From Opitutales bacterium (lineage in GTDB: Bacteria > Verrucomicrobiota > Verrucomicrobiia > Opitutales > PNEW01): 64,000 nucleotides of DNA. The notes under the pieces are model-generated. The model was not told the DNA's origin, did no database searches, and saw nothing but the letters and a program-made list of their open reading frames with translations. The position numbers were made by a program, and so were the translations under genes. Location of the stretch: assembly GCA_965197745.1 (NCBI GenBank), contig CBDANS010000007.1, positions 864,001 to 928,000 on the forward strand, read 5' to 3'. Numbering within the stretch: position 1 is the first letter of the stretch; every line of letters starts with the position of its first letter. Positions 53,416 through 61,750 of this stretch are shown piece after piece.

Positions 53416-54123
53416 ATGCCCGGAGAGAATATGCATCTGTTGATGTTCGATGTGGATGGGACTCTAATATGTCCGAATCAATACGACACGGAGTGCTTCA
53501 TAAGCGCGGTTTCCACGGTGTTGGGAATATCAGTTGTGAACAGCGATTGGGAAAGCTATGAACACGTAACGGATTCTGGAATTTTGGACGAGCTGGTAAG
53601 ACGCGCTTACGGTCGACGACCCACTGAAGAGGAGATAAACCGGGTTCAAGATCGTTTCCTGCTGGATCTTGATTGTGCAATTGACAGGCAACCTTGCCAT
53701 GCACGAGCGATTGAAGGTGCAATCACTTTCCTTGCTACCGTTAGGAACATGACGGACATCGCGGTATCCATTGCGACTGGGGGTTGGGAAAAATCTTGTC
53801 GAAAAAAATTGGCGTTCTCAGCGTTTCCGGTGGAAGGAATCCCATTGGCATCCGCGGATGATGCGCTATCGAGAATCGGCATAATGAATGCCTCACTCTG
53901 TAAAGCGGGGAAAGTATATCAGCAATCTGCTTTTAAATCGGTTACTTATGTAGGAGATGCGTCTTGGGATTTGAAGGCGACAATGAAACTCGGATGGCCT
54001 TTTATAGCTGTCGGTGAACCGATCTTGTCATTCGTAGATGATCGTCCTCGATTCTGGATAAAGGATTATACCGACCGCCATAAACTCTACGGTATCCTTG
54101 AGCGTATTGGAGTATTGGCATAA
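53416..54123 (+). CDS. HAD-superfamily hydrolase
   Basis: FDVDGTL, ATGG, YVGDASWD. Confidence 0.88.
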   Translation: MPGENMHLLMFDVDGTLICPNQYDTECFISAVSTVLGISVVNSDWESYEHVTDSGILDELVRRAYGRRPTEEEINRVQDRFLLDLDCAIDRQPCHARAIEGAITFLATVRNMTDIAVSIATGGWEKSCRKKLAFSAFPVEGIPLASADDALSRIGIMNASLCKAGKVYQQSAFKSVTYVGDASWDLKATMKLGWPFIAVGEPILSFVDDRPRFWIKDYTDRHKLYGILERIGVLA

Positions 54124-54204
54124 CAGGTTGAAGGTCGCGATGGTATGTTTGTCAATCAGTCAAGAAATCGATAAATAACTGACAACCTGTGAGGGCACTG
54201 CCAG

Positions 54205-54521
54205 GTGGCGCTGATATATCTTCTATTTATTGCAGTCGTATTTTATTGGCAAATCAATGCTGTAAAATCCGGTAAGATTACGAAAAAAAAGCTTTCGGCT
54301 TGTACGCTGGATATACCATTGCGCCAGTGTTTCTTTACGGTTTGGTGTTTATGGTGTTGATAGGATATGAAGAACTTGCGGACAGGGCAATAATCAGTGA
54401 GGGGTACGCACGCTCCATACCATTCGTGATTGCCGGTGGTACGGCCGTGTTTATAATCGTTACCCTGGTGTTTTCGATTGTAATTCTTGCCGTGAAAACT
54501 AATAATAACGATTCACTATAA
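54205..54521 (+). pseudogene. Small membrane protein split by a -1 frameshift at the A8 run (54283-54290)
   Basis: GTG 54205 reads MALIYLLFIAVVFYWQINAVKSGKITKKK; a -1 shift joins it to AFGLYAGYTIAP...NDSL (track ORF 54300-54521). Confidence 0.55.
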
Positions 54522-54569
54522 CCGAGTAATTAAGGCTCTTTAAGACAAATTTATGCCCAAGGAGAAAAT

Positions 54570-54998
54570 ATGAGATTTATATACCAATCATTCGCGTTGT
54601 TAGCAGCGGTTCTTTCCCTGATAGGCTGCAGTGTAAAACAATCACCCCTCGATTCGAATGGGAAAACGGCACAGCAGATTATGATGGAAACCTATGTGCA
54701 GATATTAGAAGGGAAATATGAAGAGGCCCAAAATAATTTCAGTCCCGCATTTATAGAAGAATTCGTCACCACGAAGGACACGACATTTGTCGAATACTGC
54801 AGTATGACAAAAGGATGGAAGGTGGAGTGGTTAAAGACCAAACTGATGGGTAATGATTACAATGACGATGTATGGCGTGTAAAAATAATTCCTGATGAAG
54901 GTAAGGGTAACATGAATGGCCCCGGTATCGTACAGGACTTCTATATAATTGATGGAGCCTGGAAGATAGTTTTTTGGGGCCACTATTCAAAGTCATAA
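54570..54998 (+). CDS. Hypothetical lipoprotein
   Basis: Lipobox LIGC after a hydrophobic signal; strong RBS AAGGAG. Confidence 0.78.
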   Translation: MRFIYQSFALLAAVLSLIGCSVKQSPLDSNGKTAQQIMMETYVQILEGKYEEAQNNFSPAFIEEFVTTKDTTFVEYCSMTKGWKVEWLKTKLMGNDYNDDVWRVKIIPDEGKGNMNGPGIVQDFYIIDGAWKIVFWGHYSKS

Positions 54999-55074
54999 AG
55001 TATAACAGGACGATGGAATAAACGTTTTAAGCTGCGCTTTAATCGTGTGTTATGTAAATGTTTGGCGACTAACC

Positions 55075-55407
55075 ATGACTAAACATCACGACACTGGACG
55101 CAATCCTCGTTTAAAAGAACTCAAAGCAGTTGAACGCGTGGCTCAATTACCCCCATCTCAACAGAAAGATCATCCATCCGCAATAGCGGCAGACGCAAGT
55201 AAACTGGATCACATCAATACTTATGGATGCCTTCCTGAATACTATATCGATCAGCCTTTCAACTGTAGATTGTGCGGTAGAAGGGAAATCTGGCGCGCTC
55301 AAGACCAGAAATGGTATTACGAAGAAGCCAAAGGCCATATTGATGCAGTCGCTGTAGAATGTCATGATTGCCGCAAATCAAAAAAGCAGGATCACCCTGC
55401 CAGGTAA
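55075..55407 (+). CDS. Zinc-ribbon domain protein
   Basis: CRLCG...QKWYYE...CHDCR. Confidence 0.75.
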   Translation: MTKHHDTGRNPRLKELKAVERVAQLPPSQQKDHPSAIAADASKLDHINTYGCLPEYYIDQPFNCRLCGRREIWRAQDQKWYYEEAKGHIDAVAVECHDCRKSKKQDHPAR

Positions 55408-55477
55408 GAAGCATATCGCCTCGATTAATCATTGTGAACGCGACGATATCAGTTGACGAATAACGGAACGCGTGAAT

Positions 55478-55612
55478 ATGCCCCAATCAATCGAAGCCAC
55501 GCTCGATTACAAACGCTTCTGCCAAAGCCAACTCACGAATCCCTATACCTTCTACCACCAGCTCAGAGCTGAAGATCCGGTCCACTTCAGCGCCGCATTA
55601 CACTGGTGTTAA
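55478..55612 (+). pseudogene. Cytochrome P450 N-terminal remnant (44 aa)
   Basis: MPQSIEATLDYKRFCQSQLTNPYTFYHQLRAEDPVHFSAALHWC*; NPYxFYxxLRxxDPVH is the typical bacterial P450 start. Confidence 0.6.
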
Positions 55613-55626
55613 AGAAACGTTCTAGG

Positions 55627-56961
55627 TCAACGTCCACCGCGGTTGCGGGTTCGGCTGCGATAGCGGGCGAAGTTACCCTGTGGGCGTCCGCCCCGGCGTC
55701 TGTTGCCATTGCCGCGGCCAAATTTTTTCGGGGTTGTATTGCGAGAGGGTATGGTCTCTTCGCAATGATAGGCGTGTTCCTTCTCGGCTGGCACCGGCTT
55801 GCCCAACAGGCGTTCGATTTCCCTCAAGTAGGCCCGGTCCTCGGCGCAGCATAACGATATGGCGTCGCCGTTCGCTCCCGCCCTGGCGGTGCGCCCTATG
55901 CGGTGCACGTAGGTTTCGGCTTCTATCGGTAGATCGTAGTTGATGACATGAGTGATGTCGTCCACATCCAATCCACGCGCTGCTACATCAGTGGCGACCA
56001 TCACCCTGAAACGACCTCTCTTGAAGCCATCCAGTGCCTTGGTGCGAGCAGCTTGGCTCTTGTTGCTGTGGATGGCTGTTCCACGAATACCCGCGGCGTA
56101 CAACTTATCAACCACCCGGTTGGCAACGTGTTTCATCTGAGTAAAAATAAGGGCCTTATTGATCATGGGGTCGCTTAAGAGGGAGAGCAGCAGGGCGTCC
56201 TTGTTCCTTTTCTTTACAAAAAGCACCTTCTGATCGATACTCTCCAGCGTGGGTTTGTCGGGTTCGATGGTCACCCGAACCGGGTTGCGAACCATGGTTT
56301 GGGCTAGCTCGACCATTTTCGGGGCCAGGGTGGCGGAGAAAAACAGGGTCTGACGTTCGGAGGGAATCTTGGCCAGCACCCGCTTGATGTCGGGAATGAA
56401 GCCCATATCGAGCATCCGGTCTACCTCGTCGAGAACAAAAATCTCTACCTCATTCAGGCGGATGAATCGCTGTTCTATCAGATCAAGTAGCCGGCCGGGG
56501 GTGGCTACGAGGATATCGATTCCACGGTTCAGGGCCTTGACCTGTTGAAATTGGCTGACCCCGCCGTAGATGACGGTATGGCGGAGGCGTAGAAAACGTC
56601 CATAAGTCTGGATACTCTCCTCGATCTGTGCCGCGAGTTCGCGTGTGGGGGCGAGAATAAGAGCCCAGGGGGTTCCTTTACGGGGCTTGCGGGAATTGCC
56701 GGAAAGCCGCTGCAGAATTGGCAGGGCAAAGGCTGCTGTCTTGCCGGTGCCGGTCTGAGCGCAGCCCAGCAGGTCACGTCCTTCCAGCAGGTGTGGAATG
56801 CACTGCTCCTGGATGGGGGTGGGGTTGAGGTATCCCTCGGCAGCAACGGCACGCTGAATCTCTGGAATGAGAGCGCCAAAAGGGTCCTGGGGAATCCAGG
56901 TCTGTAATTGCGGGGTACTATGGTCTGTGCGCACAAGGGGCGCGTCACTATTTTCTTTCAT
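55627..56961 (-). CDS. rhlE: DEAD-box RNA helicase (RhlE-like)
   Basis: Q motif, AQTGTGKT, PTRELA, TPGRL, DEVD, SAT, ARGLD, HRIGRTAR; basic RG-rich tail. Confidence 0.85.
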   Translation of the reverse strand: MKENSDAPLVRTDHSTPQLQTWIPQDPFGALIPEIQRAVAAEGYLNPTPIQEQCIPHLLEGRDLLGCAQTGTGKTAAFALPILQRLSGNSRKPRKGTPWALILAPTRELAAQIEESIQTYGRFLRLRHTVIYGGVSQFQQVKALNRGIDILVATPGRLLDLIEQRFIRLNEVEIFVLDEVDRMLDMGFIPDIKRVLAKIPSERQTLFFSATLAPKMVELAQTMVRNPVRVTIEPDKPTLESIDQKVLFVKKRNKDALLLSLLSDPMINKALIFTQMKHVANRVVDKLYAAGIRGTAIHSNKSQAARTKALDGFKRGRFRVMVATDVAARGLDVDDITHVINYDLPIEAETYVHRIGRTARAGANGDAISLCCAEDRAYLREIERLLGKPVPAEKEHAYHCEETIPSRNTTPKKFGRGNGNRRRGGRPQGNFARYRSRTRNRGGR

Positions 56962-57297
56962 GTTTTTCCTGGTCCGGTATTTCTACAAATCTCTACCTGC
57001 CGGACGCGTGGAAAAGAAAGGACCGCTATGATCGCGGTAATGGTGTATCCCTGCTTTGAAAGCCGGGATGCATATTTTAAACCGATACGAAATCGCTTTT
57101 TGGGCGGTGTGGACCCTTGCCCAGCGAAACCGTCATCAAAATGCAATACCGCAAATAGATACCGAAACGGTTCGAGAATGCAAGCACAAAGATAGACAGC
57201 GAACCAGAGACAACCCATTCAGCGGGACTGGTTTGAGGCAGGTTGTAAATGTATGGGTGCTCATCCAGTAGTGTGGATCATGTCCGATTTTGGAATG

Positions 57298-57777
57298 TCA
57301 CCGGTTATTACTTCTCAGCGCAATCCTTGAAGCCCTATCCACAAGTGTAAATATTCTATCAATATCATCTTTGTCTTTCGCTACCCGATGTCCCCGCACT
57401 TTTATAAAATCACAGTCCAAGAGATCGGTTATTCGGAAAAATTCCTGGTAGAGTTCAAAATTTTTGAGACGCTTATTTTTCTTTGAGTGATAATCATTTT
57501 GTTCAAACCTTTCGCGTCTTCCCGGTAAACTCATGATGTTTTGAGAATCCGTATAGACTATCACTGAGATGCCAGCTGTTTGAATATCGCCTAGTGCCCA
57601 TAGCAAAGTCTGCAATTCCAGTTTCGTTGAAGAGGTTTGATCAAATCGCATCACTTTCACACGCGTCCTCATCAAATCCAACGAAAGTCCACTTTCTGCA
57701 ATAGCGAGGTAAGCCCCGTATCCAATTTTGGAATGAGTATTCACACTTCCATCCGTAAAAAGCATCAGATCATCCAT
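57298..57777 (-). CDS. Ribonuclease HI family protein
   Basis: FTDGS, ELQ, YTDS, KVRGH and VD acidic motifs. Confidence 0.85.
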   Translation of the reverse strand: MDDLMLFTDGSVNTHSKIGYGAYLAIAESGLSLDLMRTRVKVMRFDQTSSTKLELQTLLWALGDIQTAGISVIVYTDSQNIMSLPGRRERFEQNDYHSKKNKRLKNFELYQEFFRITDLLDCDFIKVRGHRVAKDKDDIDRIFTLVDRASRIALRSNNR

Positions 57778-57937
57778 GAGAAAATAACTTTATATTTTAA
57801 AAAGCTGACATTGAATTCACCACATAATCAGGTTTCTTCCAGTCGATGGGGATGCTCTCAAAGCTGGCCACGGGTCTTCACAACGAGGAGCGGTCAATCA
57901 GCTTTACTTTTACCATGTTCTAAAAAGATGGGTCTAT

Positions 57938-58735
57938 TCACAAAGGTTTGAAAGCCTCAACTTCAAGTCTGAGCATGCCAAGATGGGTCATCCCATGGTC
58001 ATCAAGGGGGTGGCGATGCAGATATTCATCAATTGCCTGTTGGAGAAACACATCGCGCTTGCTCTCAGGAACGCGCTGAGTGTAGGGCAACCATGTTGTC
58101 CTCACCCAACTTTTGAAACCATCGGGTTCATGAATCATGTCTTTGGGAATTAATTCCACTCGCTTAACATCGAAACCGGTTTCTGATAGCCACGGATGAT
58201 ATTCTTCCGGACCGTAAAAATTGTAGGGGAAAGTAAAGTTAATAAAATACTCGCGCCAAATATCCCTGGTGATTAATTCATCAAATACACTGACCATCGC
58301 AGCGGCGTTATCCTTGCCGCCCCCCATCTGAAGCAGCATCTTGCCTCCAGGACAGAGACTGCGGCTTATTCCCTTCAATACTGAAAGATGGTCTTTTATC
58401 CAATGAAGCGCTGCGTTTGAAAATACAACATCAAAATCATTATGAAATGGAAGGCTGCGAGCATCGATCTGGGTGAAATTTATATTTGATCCATTGCTTT
58501 GCGCATAGTGGGACTGGGCGAGCTGAATCATTTCATAAGAGCTGTCGATTCCATGAACAGCCCCACCTGTTACAATGGCTGCGATTTCAGCTGTGACCTT
58601 TCCGCCTCCACAACCAATGTCCAGGACCTTTTCGGTCCCTTTCAGATTGAGCTTTGCGATAAGCTCTCTCGCCCATTTCTGCTGCGTGGACGAACTTTGT
58701 TCGTAGTCTGAAGCATCCCAGGTATATTTGTCCAT
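57938..58735 (-). CDS. SAM-dependent methyltransferase (Tam-like)
   Basis: VLDIGCGGG, FSNAALHW. Confidence 0.88.
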   Translation of the reverse strand: MDKYTWDASDYEQSSSTQQKWARELIAKLNLKGTEKVLDIGCGGGKVTAEIAAIVTGGAVHGIDSSYEMIQLAQSHYAQSNGSNINFTQIDARSLPFHNDFDVVFSNAALHWIKDHLSVLKGISRSLCPGGKMLLQMGGGKDNAAAMVSVFDELITRDIWREYFINFTFPYNFYGPEEYHPWLSETGFDVKRVELIPKDMIHEPDGFKSWVRTTWLPYTQRVPESKRDVFLQQAIDEYLHRHPLDDHGMTHLGMLRLEVEAFKPL

Positions 58736-58858
58736 TAGAGGTAATAGAAATATTTTCTATTCATGAATCAATTAATTTAGACCGCTCCGGCTCATGAGCC
58801 GGATTCAACATTTTCACACGAGGCGAACAAATCAGCTGTGTGTGGCCTTTGTTATCCT

Positions 58859-59266
58859 TTAGTGCTCATCACCTGCGTAAATCCACATGGGTTCCGTTTG
58901 CCCTGCACGTTCAAAACCCAGCCGCGCATAAAAACCCACAGCCTTTCCGTCAGCGGTAAGCATTTGCTGATGGAATGACGCGTATTTTTGTAGAAGTGCT
59001 TCCATCATTTTACGACCTATACCTTTACCTTGATACTCAGGGTTGACCAGTAAATGGGGGTAGTAGACAACTAAATGACCGTCAGATATGGCATTACCCA
59101 GACCGACCAAGACTCCTGAGATTCTGGCAGTGACTAAACTATGAGAGTTTTTTAATGCCGCCATTAAGGCGTTTGGTTTATCTGCTGAAAACCAATTGTT
59201 GGCTCGATAAAGAGCCAGGGTCTCTTCTTCTTCTATTTTGTCATTAAGACTTATATCTACTTTCAT
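58859..59266 (-). CDS. GNAT acetyltransferase
   Basis: VNPEYQGKGIG, FYARLGF. Confidence 0.88.
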   Translation of the reverse strand: MKVDISLNDKIEEEETLALYRANNWFSADKPNALMAALKNSHSLVTARISGVLVGLGNAISDGHLVVYYPHLLVNPEYQGKGIGRKMMEALLQKYASFHQQMLTADGKAVGFYARLGFERAGQTEPMWIYAGDEH

Positions 59267-59393
59267 TTTCTTTTTATTGATGAAGTATTACAGGCAGTAT
59301 CTGCCGATAGAGTGTATTATTCTTTGGACCGATAGGAATCAAGGGAATCTGAAAACACCAGAGTTGGAAAGGGACAGGTCCTTGATTAAAATC

Positions 59394-59819
59394 TTAATCC
59401 GTAAGATTTATTGATTCTTTTCGGTCGCCTGTAATGTAGCGAAAAACGTCGATACCATCGATTACCAGTGAAACCGAATTAATCGCCATCAGTGCTCGAA
59501 TCCAGATGCCGAAAAAATTATCTGCGGGAATCTGATCAATCCGACTCCAAAGAAACAGGATGAGCGGGACCCATAAGATGTGGCCCAACCCGAGCAGACG
59601 CGTGAACCCTGACACCCCGGTTAATAGGGTCATTAAACCCATGCTCGCTATAAAAGTGACAAAAACAGCTCTTGCTTCCAACCGATCGAGATAGAAAAGT
59701 GGCGCCAGCGCGTTGGCGGATACCATCAGTATTAACCACAGCTGCCAATAGACGGGCATATGCAGCATGCCTTTGTTCAGCTTTATAAAAGCGTTAATGG
59801 ATTCTCTAAAGATTTTCAT
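59394..59819 (-). CDS. Hypothetical membrane protein
   Basis: About four hydrophobic segments; GFTRLLGLGH. Confidence 0.72.
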   Translation of the reverse strand: MKIFRESINAFIKLNKGMLHMPVYWQLWLILMVSANALAPLFYLDRLEARAVFVTFIASMGLMTLLTGVSGFTRLLGLGHILWVPLILFLWSRIDQIPADNFFGIWIRALMAINSVSLVIDGIDVFRYITGDRKESINLTD

Positions 59820-59887
59820 TTTTATTCGTTCAGTATCTACAATGAACGGTAGTAATATAATAAATGGGTACCTGAATCAATCGATTT

Positions 59888-61331
59888 TTAGAACCGTCCA
59901 ATCCGAATCGATCCGGGATCGGTGATCACCACGCTTGCGTCAAAGCTTGCCTTGATGAGTTTGTGTTTGATCTCCTGGTGGTCCGGGTTTTCCCAAAGAT
60001 TGGCTTACTCGTTTGGATCGTTCTGAAGATCGTAAAGCTCCCCATAATCGTTTCCATGGAAGACATTCAACTTGTATTGCCTGTCACGATACATGGTGGC
60101 GTAAGAGGGGGGGCGCCTTTTCCTCGTCCTTTCCCCAAGTCATGTCGAGCACACCGTAATACTCACACCGAACATAGTCGCGGTGATGTTCGAGCGGAGC
60201 ATCACCGCACAGAATCGGCCATAGCGATTTGCCCTGGACCCATTCAAGCGGTTCACCGACAATGTCGGCTATAGTCGGAGCGATGTCGATTAACTCCACC
60301 AACGCGTCCGAGACTCGGCCCTGTTGGATTACGCCGGGCCAGGAGAAGATGAGAGGGACTCGCACCAGGCCTTCGTAGAATCGGCATCCTTTGGAACTGA
60401 GTGCATGATCGCCCAGGCCCTCCCCGTGATCAGAAGTGAAGATGATCATGGTGTCGTCGCGCAGCCCCAACTCTTCGAGCGCATCAAGAAGTCTGCCTAC
60501 GTTGCGGTCAATGATCTCGATCATACCATAGTATGAGGCTTTATTCCACATATGCTTCGCTTCGGGGCGCTGAGGGACGGACGCAAATAAGTGGCTTGAG
60601 AGGCGTTGCTGCACCTCAAGATCCGACTCTGTGAAGAGTGGTGGTGGCAGATCGTCAGTCTCATAGGGTTTACGGAAATCATCGGGGGCATCCATCGAAA
60701 GATGCGGATCAAAGGTGTTGATACTGAGAAACCAGGGTGAGCCGGATCTTCGACGAATAAAATCGATGGCGGTGTTGGCACACCAGGTGGTCTGATGCCA
60801 TTTGAAAGGAACGTTTTCGCGATACTTCACACCCGTGCGAAGCGCGTCATTTCGATTGAATTGATCGAGCACCTCGTCAAGAACGCCGTTCTGGTCGAGC
60901 CAGTCAGTGTACTCATTATTGATACCTAGGAGTTGCCCATGAGAAAGACTGTGATGAAACTCCTCATAGCCGTCATCCAGGCGCTCCTCGTGACCGCCCA
61001 AGGTGAGCTGATGTGCAGTTTCCCGACCAACCCGCCAACGTAGTCGTTGTCGGCTAGGTGCCTGGAGATAAGCTTGGCACGATCAGGAAGATGAAGGCAT
61101 CGGTTTCCATTGATGTTGGAGTGGATTGATGAGGCGTAGAGCCCGGTCATAAAGCTACCCCGGCTGGGAGTGCATATCGGACTCTGACAGTAGGTAGTGG
61201 AGAATGCAGTGCCCTCAGCACACAACCTGTCCAGGTTCGGGGTCCTGATGTGAGTAGTTACCGAGTACACCTATAGTGTCGTAGCGTTGTTGGTCAGTGC
61301 AAATCCAAAGGATGTTTGGGCGTCGGTTCAT
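59888..61331 (-). pseudogene. Formylglycine-type sulfatase pseudogene
   Basis: ATG 61331 MNRRPNILWICTDQQR; CTPSR, GKLH, DPH, SDHG, ELYDL..DPNE. Frameshifts near 61253, 61003 and in the G7 run 60107-60113; in-frame TAA at 60005-60007. Confidence 0.88.
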
Positions 61332-61473
61332 GTCTATACTGTCCTCACTAAGGATTCACAGATTGATCTTTTCATCAGGTTCATTGTCAAGATTGAATAA
61401 TTAGTCGCGGTCAATTCTCCTATAGACCACGTGACGGCCTGAGTGGACTGTCCCCAGTGCTTTTTTAAAAATG

Positions 61474-61732
61474 ATAGCCACAAAAAGCACAAAAGATACA
61501 AAAGACATAAGAAGGAAGGGTGGATGATTGGATGGACGAAATAATTATCATAAAACAACAGAGATTCGTCTTCTTCCAGCTATCTTCTTTTGTCATCGCG
61601 AAGGAGGTTAAACCGACTGCGGCGATCCAGGGGAATGTCTATAAGCATCCGACATTCGCTAGGAATGGAAGATCTCGCTACGCTCGGTAGTGGCCAACTC
61701 ATTCTTGTGCCTTTTGTGCTTTTTGTGGCTAT
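61474..61732. repeat. MITE-like/composite element with 22-bp perfect terminal inverted repeats
   Basis: atagccacaaaaagcacaaaag (61474-61495) pairs with cttttgtgctttttgtggctat (61711-61732). Confidence 0.7.
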
Positions 61733-61750
61733 TCTCAATCGGCAATCGCA

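Noticed and set aside
58786..58803. 18-bp perfect palindrome tccggctcatgagccgga as an operator or terminator
   Set aside because: It is a single instance with no T-tail and no cognate regulator nearby, so no function can be assigned.
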